Origin: Isurus oxyrinchus
Lineage: Eukaryota
DNA: 64,000 bases
NCBI GenBank assembly: GCA_026770705.1
Contig: JANJGN010000036.1
Span: 3,162,001 to 3,226,000 of the forward strand
Direction: 5' to 3'
Shown: positions 24,258-36,924 of the stretch, one piece after another
Layout: every line of letters starts with the position of its first letter
How positions within the stretch are numbered: the first letter of the stretch is position 1
Made by a program: the position numbers and the translations under genes
Notes under the pieces: model-generated
Told to the model about the DNA's origin: nothing
Databases searched by the model: none
Seen by the model: only the letters and a program-made list of their open reading frames with translations

Positions 24258-27200
24258 CTGAGAAGCACATTAAACATTAACATTCAAAAGTAGTTAAAAG
24301 ACAGGGCAGATTATCCCGTTCCGAAATCGCCTTTCATAAAATCGTGGAATGATACAACACAGGTGGACTTTCGGCCCATTGTGGCTGCGTTGGCTCTTTT
24401 ATAAACCTGTCCAATTACTCTCACTATCCCCACCTCACCCATGCATTGACCTGCAATTTTATCCATTCAAGTATTTATCCATTTCCCCTTAAATTTTTGA
24501 TTGATTCGACTTCTTTTGCCACCTATATCAATTTGAGTATGTTTTGCTTAATGTGTTTATGCCAGAATTGTCTGAATTAAAGTTTTGTAACAGAGGAGCA
24601 GAATTCGAAAAGCAAATTAACTCAGAAATCATCAATGTTTAATAGAACACTGGAATGATGAGTTTGGACTGCTTTTCTGTTAACTAGTTAACTCGATTAC
24701 CATGTTTTACCATGAGCCACCTACGCAGTTGGGTAGATGCCACAGAATCAATCACATCCAGATAGAATCACGCACACAATCAAAAGGCTTGCGCTTATGC
24801 CACACCTTTCACGGCCTCAGGAATCCCAAGGTTGCTTTAAAGCCACTTTTCTGACATTTATTCATTGTATGTAATATAGGAAACTCGCCAGCCAATTTAC
24901 GCACAGTAAGATCCCATTAACAGCCATGCTTAAGTAAGCAATTCGGAGAGCAAAGAGGGGATTTGAGAAGGCTCTGGCAGGTAAAAATTTGGAAAATCCC
25001 AAGATTTTCTGAAGGCTTATCAAGGAGAAGAGGATATCCAGGGAAAGAGTAGGGCCCATAAGGGACCAAGGGGGCAGAGGACATCATTGCAGTGTTGAAT
25101 GAATATTTCACATCCGTCTTCGCCCAAGAGAATAAGGAAGAAGATATGGAACTCGGGGAGAGAGACTGCGAGGTTCTTAAGCAAATTGATATGGGGAGTT
25201 ACAGGGTATTGGAGGTGTTGGCAGGCTTAAAAGTGGACAATACTCCAGGTACAGATGATTTGTGTCCCAGATTGCTAAGGGAGGCAAGGGACGAGATCGC
25301 ACGGCCTCTGACCCAAATTTTTAATTCCCCTCTGGCCACAGGGGAGGTGCCAGAGGACTGAAGAACAGATAATATGGTTCCACTATTTAAGAAGGGTGGT
25401 AGAGATAAGCCAGGGAACTACAGGCCAGTGAGTCTCACGTCGGTGGTGGGGAAACTATTGGAGAAAATTCTGGAGGAGAGAATCTGTCTCCACTTGGAGA
25501 GGCAATGTTTGATCAGGGATAGACAGCATGGCTTTGTCAGAGGAAATTCATGCCTAACACATTTGATTGATTTTTTTGAGGAGCTGACCAGGTGTGTGGT
25601 TGATGTAGTTTATATAAATTTCAGCAATGTCTTTGAACAAGGTCCCACATGGGAGACTAAAAAAGAAGGCAAATGCACATGGGATGCAGGGTAATTTGCT
25701 AAGGTGTATTCAAAATTGGCTTAGTTATAGGAATAAGAGGGTGATGACAGAAGGTTGTTTTAGTGAGTGGAAGCCAGTGTCCAGTGGCGTAGCATAGGGA
25801 TCTGTGCTGTCCCGCTATTAATTGTCAGTTATATTAATGACACAGGCGGATAGGATTAGTAAGTTTGCGGATGACACAAAGATTGGCCAGGTGGTTAACA
25901 GTGAGGTTGACTGTCCTGGGCTACAGGAAGATGTACATGGGATAGTCAAATGGGCAGATCAGTGGCAGATGGAATTTAACCGTGAAAAGTGTGTCATGAT
26001 ACACTTTGGAAGGAGTAATTTGACAAGGAAGTACTCAATGAATGGCATGACAATAGGAAGTTCTGAGGAACAAAGGGACATTAGCGTGTGAGTCCATGGA
26101 TCTCTGAAGGCGGAGGGGCAAGTTAGTGGGTTGGTGAAAAAAGCCTAAGGGACACTTGCCTTTATCAACCGAAGCATAGATTAAATAAGTGGAAATCTCG
26201 TGTTGGAGTTTTATAGAACGTTGGTGAGGCCACAGCTGGAGCACTATGTGCAGTCCTGTTCGCCATATTATGGGAAGAATGTGATTGCACTGGAGGGGAT
26301 GCAGACAAGATTCACCAGGATGTTGCCTGGGATGAAACACTTTACTTGTGAAGAGAGGTTGGATAGACTTGGGCTGTTTTCGTTGGAGCAGAGAAGACTG
26401 AGGGGCGACCTGATCGAGGTGTACAAGATTATGAGGGGCATGGACAGGGTGGAAAGGGATCAGCTGTTCTCCTTAGTTGAAGGGTCAGTCACGAGGGGAC
26501 GTAAGTTCAAAGTAAGGAGCAGGAGGTTTAGAGGGGATGTGAGGAAAGACCTTTTTACCCAGAAGGTTTTGACAGTCTGGAATGCACTGCCTGGAGGATG
26601 GTGGAGGCTGTTTGCCTCACATCCTTTAAAAAGTACCTGGATGAGCACTTGGCACGTCATAACATTCGAGGCTATGGGCCAATTGCTGGTAAATTGGATT
26701 AGGTAGGTAGGTCAGTTGTTTCTCACATGTCGGTGAAGACTCCATGGGCCTAAGGGCCTCTTCTGCAATCTATGACTCTGTGATTCTGTAATACAGACAG
26801 AGATAACCTGTTTCCTTTAAGATATTGGTTTAGGGATTAGATACCAATACGGACACATGGGTGAATTCCAGTTGCTCCCCATGCTCTTATTCCAAGTGTG
26901 GCAGAGAAACATTTCGTCCTGTGCAGATAGTGCTGTGGGTCTCGCTGTAACATCTCCTCAGGTATCGCCGCGCTCCTTCACTTCTGCATTAGTGTTAGCG
27001 TAGGTTTTCTCCTCAAGTCTCTGGAGTGGGGAATCAAACCCTCGACATTCTGATCCAGAAGTGCGTGTGGGTATTGGGGCGGGGGAGAGATAGAGAACTC
27101 GCCACTAAGCCAAGCCTGAAAATCATCTTCACACGTTTTCACAAACGCACGTATGCAAACACACTGTCACAGAGACATTTGCACACACCGACAGACACAC

Positions 27201-30200
27201 ACCCACACATACACACACACACACTCACACACATATGCACACACAGACGCTCACACAAAAACACACAGACACAGGCATACGCACACACAGACACAGGCAC
27301 ACACATACAGAGACACAGCGACATACAGACACACACACACACAATATCTGCCAAAACCGATGCCTACTTTGTCTACTTAGAACCATAGAACCATATAAAA
27401 GTTACAGCACAGAAGGAGGCAATTCGGCCTATCTTGTCCATGCCAGCCCAAGGACACCCAGCTGCCCTTTCTAATCCCACCTTCCTGCAGCCGGCCCATA
27501 GCCCTGCAGCTTATAGCACTTTAGATGTATTTCCAGGTACTTTTTAACGTTTCTGCCTCTACCACCAACTTGGGCAGCGAATTCCAGCCACCCACTACAA
27601 CTTGCGTTAAGAAGTTCTTCCTACACCTTCTGCCACTTACCTTGAATCTATGTCCCCTGCTCTAGAATTCTCCATTAAGGTAAACAATTTTATCCTGTTC
27701 ACTCTATCTATTCCCACCGTAATTTTGTACACCTCAATCAAGTCACCTCTCAGCCTTCGTTGTTCTAAGTAGAATAACCCCAACCTATTCAAACTCTCCT
27801 CGTAGCTACATTTTTCTAACCGTGGGAACATTCTTGTAAACCTGCCCTGCACTCTCTCCAGACCTATTACTTCCTTCCTGTAATATTGTGACCAGAACTG
27901 CACACAATACTCCAGTCTTAGCCTCACTAGTGTTTTATATAATTCCAACACTATATCCTTACTTTTTTATTCTATACCTCTGCCAATCAAGGACAATATT
28001 CCATACGCCTTTGTTACAACCTTGTCTATTTGAACTGCTGCCTGCAGGGACCTGTGTACTTGTACAAGATTTCTCATTTCACCTACCCCTCTTACTATAT
28101 TCCCATTTATTTTATAATCTCTGTAACTGTTTGACATCCCTAAATGTATGACCTCACACTTCTCTATGTGAAAATCCATCTGCCAATTTAAAACCCACTC
28201 CACCAACCCATCTATATGGTTTTTGGAGATTATGGCTATCCTCTACACTATCCAAAAACTCGGCCAATATTTATTTCATCTGCAAATTTCCAAATCGTGG
28301 CCCCCATGTTGATGATACAGATCGTTAATATGTAGCACAAACAGTAAGTGTCCGAACACCACGCCCTGTGGAACATCACTTGAGACAACTTTCCATTCGC
28401 AAGGGCATCCATCGACCAATACCCTTTGTTTCCTGTTACAAACCCAACCTTTTGTCCACTTTGCCACATTACCCTGAATCCCATGGGCTCTTGCTTTCCT
28501 GACAAATCTGCCATGTGGGACCTTGTCAAATGCCTTGCTAAAATCCATGTACACGACATCCACTGTACTACCTTCATCAACCCTTCTTGTCAAAAAATTC
28601 AAAGAATTCAATCAAATTTGTGAGGCAAGACCTTCCTTTAACAAATTCATGTTCTAGATCCCTGACTAGTCCATGCCTTTCCACATGACAGTTAGTCCTA
28701 TCTCTTCAGGATTGATTCTACTAATTTTCTCATCACCGATGTAATTGTTTGACATTTGCTTTGATCACTTTTTAAACAATGGAACAGCGTTTGCATTTCG
28801 CCAGTCCTCCAGTACCTCCCCTGTATCTAGTGAAGATTGGAAAATCATCCTCAGTGATCTGCTATCTCCTCCCTGACTTCCTTCATCAGCCTCGGAAACA
28901 ATCCATCTGGCCCTGGTGACTTATTAACTTTCAAGGATTTCAAACTTTCGAGTACTTCCTCTCTCTTTATGAATACCCCGTCCAAATTTCACACGGCTTC
29001 CCCTGGACTACAATATCTACATCTTTCCTTTCCTTTGTAAACACAGACAAAATATTCATTCAAAACCCTTCCCACAACCTCTGCATCTACACACAAATTT
29101 CCATCTTCATCTCTGATAGGCCACACTTTTTCATTAGCTAACGTTTTAGCTTTTATGTACTTAATGTAACTTACAGTGGAAATGTATTTTAATGAACCTA
29201 CAAAACAAACCTGCGTCTGACCTTATCTTCAATGTAAAAGCAGAGGTGAATACATTTAGAAAAATAGGTTTGGTGCAGTTGCGGTGTAAAGAGCAAAGTT
29301 GGAGGAGGGGGAGGGGGACGAGGCACACTGCAGAGATAAACAAACTAAAAATAGCAGAAAGTTGTACATATGAAACAGAAGTTGCTGATACCCGCAGTAA
29401 AGTCTGACAGAAATATTCGACTTGGAACTTATCATTTATATTGTCAGATAGGGAAAGGGTTGAGGGATATATTCTGATTCCAGTTAGAGGAATTGACAGA
29501 AATTCAGCTGCTCCAGACTGTGGCTTGCTCTCTGATAACCACATGAAATATTCTGCATGGGACACCGTGCGCTTCAACCCAGAAGTCATCAAGATTCCGA
29601 ATAGTATTAATATAGTCTCAGGTCTCTCACCTGCTTTGCATCCTGATGTTTCCGCTTCACCTCTGGTTTGCAGAGGTCACCTGTGTATTAATATTTAAGA
29701 CATGAATTGAAATGTTATCTCAGCCTGACTAACCTATCAGTCATTCTGGATTCTCCATGAGCAAAAGTTCTGCCAGTGCGCCAAAGCCCATTACTGGAAC
29801 GCTTGTGTCAATTGGTCCTTAGTCCATGAAAGCTCCCACATCCTCCACTGTTCCAACAATTCGCCAATGTTCCAACAATACCTCACTGATCCCTCAACAC
29901 TTCAGTGCAGGTCAATTCGCCAATGAATGGACAAGCCTTATTTAACCCGGTGTCTGGAGACTACTGTCCATCTGGTATATTACTGCCAATATTAATAACC
30001 AAGAATTGGCCGTTTAATGGCGCCAGCAGTCAGGAGAGTGATTGCACAACATTTTGATGGTGGGAGATGCACTCATAAATATATTCCATTTCCGCTTTTT
30101 GGCATTTAATCTGTGTGATCATTTCAATGTGACTTACCCATTTGTTTCTCATTCCCTCTCTCCCTTTGCGTTCTCTCTCTCATGCCAAAACTGGGTGTAG

Positions 30201-33200
30201 ACAAAAGTATCAAAAAGTGTTAGACCTTGTAAATCCTGGCTCAACTGCCAGCAGCAGTTCAGAATAAAATTGTCACGTGGTCCTAGAATCAACCTCAAAA
30301 GATCATAGAAAATATCTGCAGATACCATTATGATCAGGGGAAATATTGAACTGGGTTTGACACTAAATAGACAGAGTGCTCATGATAAATTTTGCAAATC
30401 GTGCAGTTACTCACCTTTCATTGTATGATCTCATGTCTGGTTCGTCTGAAAGAAAGAACTGAAATTAGCAAATTAAACCGACGAGGAGGAAATCACATTG
30501 GACAAACTAACATGAAAATGTCCTTGATAAACATTAATCCTCACCTGATCTGCCCCTTTTACGAATTCCGATGGCAATAAGGATCAAGAGTAGAACCAGT
30601 ACCACCAGGACAGTTATCACAACAGGAAGGGCCAGACTGCACCATCCTACAGAGACAAGACAGTTAGAAACCGCTGCTTGGTCATTTCATTATTCGCTTT
30701 TTCTTTGCGGTCCCTTGATGGGTAACGTGACCCAGTTAAAAGATCGGAGCATTAAACTCGGTGTCAAATTTAAAAAAAAACAAAACAGCCAGTGGGAGTG
30801 GACGCACAAAATGGATCAACTAACATACTACTTCCTACCGGGGATCAATTAAGTGACAGGAATGTTCTATTTTTCATAGAGCATCAGCAACTATGATCAA
30901 AAGCATCATTCCAATCATTAAAAACGGAATCATAGAAAGTAACAGCACTCGATGAGTCTATTCGGTCCATCGTCCAAGTGTGTACCCATTGACAGAGCTA
31001 TCCAAATAATCGCACTCTCATTGTAGTTTCTCCATAGCTCTGAAAATTTCTCTCCATCAAATATTTATCCAATTCTTCTTCTGATCCAGGTCACAACAAC
31101 ACACTGCATTGAGAAAAATCTCCTTACTTCCTATTGGTTCTTTTCTAATTGCCTAGAACCTGTGTCCCTCTGGTTACCGACCCTCCTGCCAGTGGAAACA
31201 GTTTCTATTTACTCACCCTGTCAAAACAACTCAGGATTTTTCGATGCATCTATTAAATCTCACCCTTAACTTTTTCTGCTCGAAAGGGATCAATCCCACT
31301 TTCTCCAGTCTCTCCACATGAACTGAAATCCGTTAGCCCTGGCCCCATTCTGGTAAAACTCCTCTGTTTTCTCTCCAAGGCCTTCATGTCAGTGTTATAA
31401 AGTGCTGCACGAAAATGAAGACAAAACTGCAAACGTGGTCAACCACTGGTCCAGGAATATTCAGCTTAACTTCTTTGGTTTTAGTGTGAAATCCTCAATT
31501 AATAAAATCAGAAATTCCACGCGTCTTTTAACACCCATTTCAATTTTTCCATTCCACCTCCAAAGATTTGTGGAATCAGGGAACGATTACAAGACGAGAC
31601 CATTCGACCCATTGTTCATTTGTTCTCTCTCTGCAAGAACAACTCACTCAGTCGCACTCCCCTGCCTTTTGCTGCCCCAATGCACTTTCCTTTCATTATC
31701 ACGTTAAGTATTCAATTCCCTTTTGAGAGCCAGGATTGAATCTGTCTCCATCAAATTCTCAGGCAGTCCATTCCAGAACCTAGCCATTCGCTGCACAGAA
31801 GAGTTTCTCCTCATGTCGCCGTTGATTCTTTTGCCAATCACCTGTAATCTGTGCCCTCGGATTCCCCATCCTCCCCTCAGTGGGAACAGCTTCCCCTCTC
31901 TACCATATTCACGCCCCTCATGATATGAGACCCATACGTTCATAACATTATGGATGTTTACAGCACCTAAAGAGGCCCTTCTGCCCATTGTGCCCGCTCC
32001 GTTCATCAAGCCCCTATACACTCTAATTCCATTTTCCAGCACTTTGCCCGTAGCTTTGTGTGCTCTGGCGTTACAAGTGTTCATCTAAATGCTCCTACTT
32101 CTTTCAAACCTGCGCCCAATCCTCTCTTCTACGAGAAAAAAAAAACACCCCTATTTTCTCCAATCTGGCCAGGTGACTGAAGTTCTTCTTATCTGGAACA
32201 TTCCATGACTCTTTTCTACACTCTGTTACATTCTTCCTAAAACGTCGTGCCCAGAACTGCGCACATTTTTCCCTTGAGGCCGAACCAGTGTTTTGCAAAG
32301 GTTCATGAATTACTTCATTGCTTTTGTGCCCTCAGCCCCATTTCTAAAGCTTCATTAGCCGCCCTGGCCCATTCAGCGATTTGTGCACATCAACCCCCAG
32401 TTTCCCCCATATGAACAACTCGGAAGATTTCGAAAAAAGCAGTCTCAATTAAGCTTCAGAGACTGAGTTTAATTTTATAGAAGGCTGCTGATATCAAAAA
32501 GTATAATTAAAATAATTTTTACGAGGAAAATGGAGACTGATCAAAGAGCTTCTGAGAAATCAAGGAGGGAACTTAACGTATGACCCATCCCAACAAATAC
32601 GTCCATTTTACGAAACATTTAAACCTCTAGCCTGTTTCCTGCCTGTAATGTGGATCCAGTGTAGAACTGACCTCAAATCCACTCCAAGACACATTGCGTG
32701 AAAATGGAGGTGGAAGCAGATTCAATCATAACTTTCAAAAGGCAAATCGCATTATGCCATGAAAGGGAAAATGTGACAGGGCTATGGAGGAAGGGTGGTT
32801 CTAACTTAATAGCTCTTTCAATGAGACCGCAGATGAAGGATAGCCGAGTGGCCCCTAAAGTTCAAATCAAACCTTTATCGCACAGATCAGTAACTCACCT
32901 GTCTCTGCCTCTGCTGCTTTGGGGAACGATATGCTCTTTGTCCAATATTTGTTCGCAGACCTCAGTTGAGCAATACAAGTACAGAGACGGCCACTTCTCC
33001 AGGTTTCCCTTGAAACCATGACATGATTTCTGATGCTGTAGGTCCCGTCCTCCTCCATTGTACCGGGATCGCTCTGTCCCTCGGTGACCAGGCCGGAAAT
33101 ATTCCAGAAAATAGCAATTTGTTTGGAAGAAACTCCACTGACCAAACACACTAAGGGGACGGTTTCCCTCAAATACAGTTCATCCGACGGGACAAACACC

Positions 33201-33971
33201 AGCATAGTCGTATTGTTGGTGGAACTGTCTAGACAGAGATTGGGGCACAGTTAACGATTAATTTGCACCAAATGTTAATGCTTTTGCATGATCTGAATTC
33301 ATTTCTCTTGCTCTCTTACCTCCAACCATGAGTGTGGGTCCATTCTGCAGCGGTGCTTTTCCATACTTATCAGCACAGTAATAGGACCCCGAGTCATTCA
33401 CCTGGACATTGCGAATTTCCAGAATCATCACATTTTTGCTGTTGCCTTTTTTTGAAATAAACTTGCAATCGGTCCCCTGACAGGGTAGGATATTGATTAG
33501 TATCAGGGTGTCTCCCACACGTTGTTTATACCAGTAGAATGCAGCAATCCATCCCAAGTCGGAACCTGTCTTGTAGCGACAGGCGATTTCCACCCTCTGC
33601 CCGACTTCAGCTGTCATCATGAAGAGACTCTGAGGCAGGCAGGGCCCGGATTCTGTAGCTAGAGAGATTATTGATACATGAACACTCGTTATTGAGATAC
33701 AGAGGCAGCTTCTTTGAAACACTTCTCCATAATTTAATAACAATCTCATTGTTGTCTTTAATTATTCTTGTTTAAAGTTTTCCCCAATTTGCCTTTTCTT
33801 CGCTTTCTGGAAGGAACTAATGAATAAACTCACATGATCAGGTCAAGTCACTTCGCCTGTTCAATGGGTCACATTTTCAGCTTGGTAAACATTGATTCTG
33901 GCTGATTCCAGCTAAAAATTCTCACCCGCCTCTTACTCACCGAAAACCCGCAGCAGTTGGAAAATGAGCAT
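24177..33971 (-). CDS. Gene A: non-rearranging VJ-C1-TM IgSF receptor with ITIM-like tail (8 coding exons, 338 aa)
   Basis: Exons 33941-33971, 33320-33658, 32899-33228, 30545-30646, 30415-30445, 30138-30190, 29631-29680, 24177-24257. All have GT-AG ends and compatible phases (1,1,1,1,2,1,0). Total 1017 nt, open to TGA. Confidence 0.85.
24868..26790 (+). mobile_element. CR1-type LINE, 5'-truncated (inside last intron of gene A)
   Basis: PLFKKGGRDKPGNYRPVSLTSVVGKLLE, SKFADDTKI, LVRPQLE, RRLRGDLIEVYKI; ends in (TATGAYTC)-like tail. Confidence 0.92.
27378..29165 (-). mobile_element. CR1-type LINE, 5'-truncated (inside last intron of gene A)
   Basis: VDVVYMDFSKAFDKVPH, LVRLRLEYCVQFWS, RRLRGDLIEVYKI on the minus strand. 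Confidence 0.9.
29631..29680 (-). CDS. Gene A exon 7, cytoplasmic (GDLCKPEVKRKHQDAKQ)
   Basis: Acceptor acAG, donor GTGAGA, 50 nt, phase 1-0, open in the required frame. Confidence 0.68.
30138..30190 (-). CDS. Gene A exon 6, cytoplasmic (SFGMRERTQRERGNEKQM)
   Basis: Acceptor ccAG, donor GTAAGT, 53 nt, phase 2-1, open in the required frame. Confidence 0.72.
30415..30445 (-). CDS. Gene A exon 5, cytoplasmic (DEPDMRSYNE)
   Basis: Acceptor ttctttctttcAG, donor GTGAGT, 31 nt; homologous relic at ~54901-54931. Confidence 0.75.
30545..30646 (-). CDS. Gene A exon 4, transmembrane segment
   Basis: GWCSLALPVVITVLVVLVLLLILIAIGI followed by RKRGRS stop-transfer; acceptor tctctgtAG, donor GTGAGG; 102 nt, phase 1-1. 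Confidence 0.88.
32899..33228 (-). CDS. Gene A exon 3, C1-set Ig domain
   Basis: VPLVCLVSG...IFWN...DGTYS...TWRSGRLCTC; 56 residues between canonical cysteines; 330 nt, phase 1-1; only a 91-nt intron separates it from the V exon. Confidence 0.92.
33320..33658 (-). CDS. Gene A exon 2, V-set domain with germline-joined J-like strand
   Basis: VEIAC...WYKQ...LEIRNVQVNDSGSYYC...LQNGPTLMVG; acceptor tctctctAG, donor GTAAGA; 339 nt, phase 1-1. Confidence 0.93.
33941..33971 (-). CDS. Gene A exon 1, leader peptide (MLIFQLLRVF)
   Basis: ATG at 33971, 31 nt, phase-1 donor GTGAGT; a homologous 31-nt exon exists at 11008-11038. Confidence 0.8.
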
Positions 33972-35044
33972 CAGAGATAAAGATTCCTTGGACATCTTGA
34001 CGCGGTCAGTTCTCCCTGTTTTCGCTTTCACCAGTTTGTTATTGCAGGCGGAGCGGCCGCGGAATGACCTGAGCTCAGTCTCAGTGAGTTGCTCCCCTTT
34101 CAGATGCGGTGGAAACTATGACGAGCTATTCTATGGAAAGTATGACACCATTTTGGGTACAGGGTCCTGGTGAGTCACATGCGTTTGCCTTACGGTGGTC
34201 ACCGTCTGTGTATTACAGTGGCAGAATGTCTATAAAGAATTTCACTGGGTTGTCGCTCAGAGGGAGTCACAAGATAGTAATTATAGGGATATAGCTGAAT
34301 ATTGCAGCTAAAGTTCAATTTATTATTCGGGTGTGAGCGTCGCTGGCAAGGCCAGAATGTATTAATCAGTTCAACTTGCTCTTTGAAAACCAGGTGGTTG
34401 AGCCGCCTTCTTGAACCGCTGCGCTCTCTGTGGTGTTGTACACCCACAGTGCTGTAAGGGAGGGAGTCCCTGGATTTTGACTGAGTGACAGTGAAGAAAT
34501 GACCGAAATATCTCCACATCACGATATTATCTATTTTGCAGAGGAACAATAGTCCTGTATCTTCAGTGCTTGTCACTCTAGGTGGTAGAGGTTGTGGATC
34601 AGGAATTTAAACGCCTGGAACTCGGAATACAAGGTGATAGTACGAAATGTAATTCATTCTGTAATGAGGTTTAAACGACTCTTGATAAAAGCTGCTAATC
34701 ACAGAGTCTGGAAAATATTTGTTGAACGATGTCTGACTTGATTCAAATTTTAATTGCTATTCTCTCTTTCTGCATTACACGAGATACACTAAGATCTAGG
34801 ATAGAATTCCAATGGAGCAGCTATGCTCATTGATTGCAATTATCCAGAATCTAAATGAAAGTATCTCTTTAGAATTCAGTTCTACTGTATAAACCTTCCG
34901 TGCCTCGTTCTCCTTCCTGTTAGTTTCATTGACTAAGTTATCCACTGACTGCACCTATGATGTAAAACACCATTGGGGGTTAACAAGGATTCAGCATTGA
35001 GACTTCATTGTAGAATTCTACTTCTGATGTTTGATTGATTGCCT

Positions 35045-36150
35045 CATAGGAACTTAAGAACTTAACAAATAGGAGTAGGAGTAGACTATTTGGCCCCTCA
35101 AGCCTGCCCCGCCATTCAATAAGATCATGACTGATCTGCCCCAGGCCACAACTCCTTTTTCATGCCAGCTCTTCATAGCCTTCGGCTTCCTGATATTTCA
35201 GAAATCCATCTACCACCTCTTTAAATACTTTCAGTGATCTAGCCTCCATAGCTCCATGGGTTAGAGACTTCCAGATATTCACTGCCCTCAGAGAGAAGAA
35301 ATTCATTCTCATCTCAGTTTTAAATGTGTTGCCTTATCCTGTAGCTATGTCCCCTAGTTCGAGATTCCCTCACTAGTGGAAACATGTTATCAACATCTAC
35401 CCTGTCAAGCCCCCTCAGAACATTATACGTTTCAATAAGATCACCCCTCATTCTTCTAAGCTGTAATGAATGAAGGCCTAATCTGTTTAACCGTTCTTGT
35501 TAAGTCAACCACTTCATCCCAGGAACCAACCCAGTGAATATCTTTGGAATTGCCTCCAATGCAAGTATATCCTTTCTTAAATATGGGGACCAAAAATGTA
35601 CAGAGTACTCCAGGTGCGTCCTAAGGTAAGTCTTGTAACAGGACTTCTCTATTTTTGAACGCCAACCCCCAAGCAGTACAGGCCAAAATTCCATTCTCCC
35701 TCTTCATTACTTGCTGCACTTGTATGCTAACCTTTTGTGTTTCGTGCACAAGAACACCCAGATTCCTCCATGCTGCACTTTTTTTGGTGTCTCCCTTCTT
35801 TCAAATAATAGTCCGCCTTGTGATTCTTCCTACCAAAGGTCATGACCTCATACGTTCCTATATGCAACTCCATCTTCCAAGTTTTTGCCCACTCACACCC
35901 TATCTATATGCCTCTGCAGATTCCTTATGTCCTCCTCACATCATGCCTTCCTCCCTATTTTTGTATCGTGAGCAAATGTGCATACATTACACTCTGTTCC
36001 CTCTTCCTAGACGTTATTATAGATAGCAAATAATTGAGGTCCTTGGATTAATCCTTCTGGGATTCCACCAGTTAAGCCTTTCCAACCTGAAAAAGATCCA
36101 TTAATTCAGACTGTCTGTCTTCTGTGTGTTAACCAACTTTAAATCATAAT
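35045..36150 (-). mobile_element. CR1-type LINE fragment
   Basis: HLEYSVHFWSPYLRKDILALE; typical CR1 3' end near 35045-35130. Confidence 0.8.
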
Positions 36151-36924
36151 AATACAGTATCCCCACTCGGTAAATGGAGCTGCAAACAATGATTCATGTT
36201 TCACTTTTTATTTTAATCTAATGGTGTTTACAACAGTTCACTAGAAAACTCACTGAACGGTTATGACTTATTGTAACTCGATGTTAAGTTCCTTTCATAT
36301 TACAGAGTATAGACTAAAATAGATTTCCCAGCACCGAAACAGGCCATCCGGCCCCTCTGCTCTGTGCTAGTTTTAATGCACAACATGAGCCTCCTACCAT
36401 CCCACTCTGCACCTCACCCCATCAAAATATCCTTCTATTATTTCCTCCCTCGTGTTTTTATCCAGCTTGCCCCCTTCAATCCATCTCTGTGATTCTCCTC
36501 CACCACGCCCTCCGGAGCGCGTCCCACATTCTCCGAATTCTCTGAGAGAAGAAGTTTCTCCTGAATTCCTGATTGGGTCTCTCCGTGACCAACATAAACT
36601 GATGGTCTCTTGACCTGTTCTTTCTCTGGCAAGCAAAAGCTTCTCCGCGTCTATCCTTCCAAACCCCTTTGAGAATTTTAAAGACAGCTACCCCACAGCA
36701 TTATTTTCTCCAGAGGAACTAATCCCCAGCTTGCTCAGATTCTCCTGATAGTTATAACCTCTCAGTTATAGTATCATCCTGCAAACCGTTTTTGCACCAT
36801 CTCCGGGGCCTGAGTATCCTTTATGTATAATATGGGTGGCGGGGTGGTGGTGTGGGAAGGGAGAAGGCAGAACGGCATAGTGACTCCAGGTCTGGTGTCA
36901 TCAAGATACTACATAAGAACATAG

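Noticed and set aside
33374-33380. CACAGTA heptamer-like sequence inside the V exon
   Set aside because: It is simply the reverse complement of the Tyr-Cys codons (TACTGTG). No nonamer was seen at 12/23 spacing, and the J-like strand is already joined, so it is not evidence of V(D)J rearrangement.
32899-33658. Calling gene A a TCR chain or germline-joined Ig light chain
   Set aside because: The TM is uncharged and followed by four cytoplasmic exons. The C1 exon ends in a splice donor rather than a terminal Cys-stop. No separate V/D/J segments were seen.
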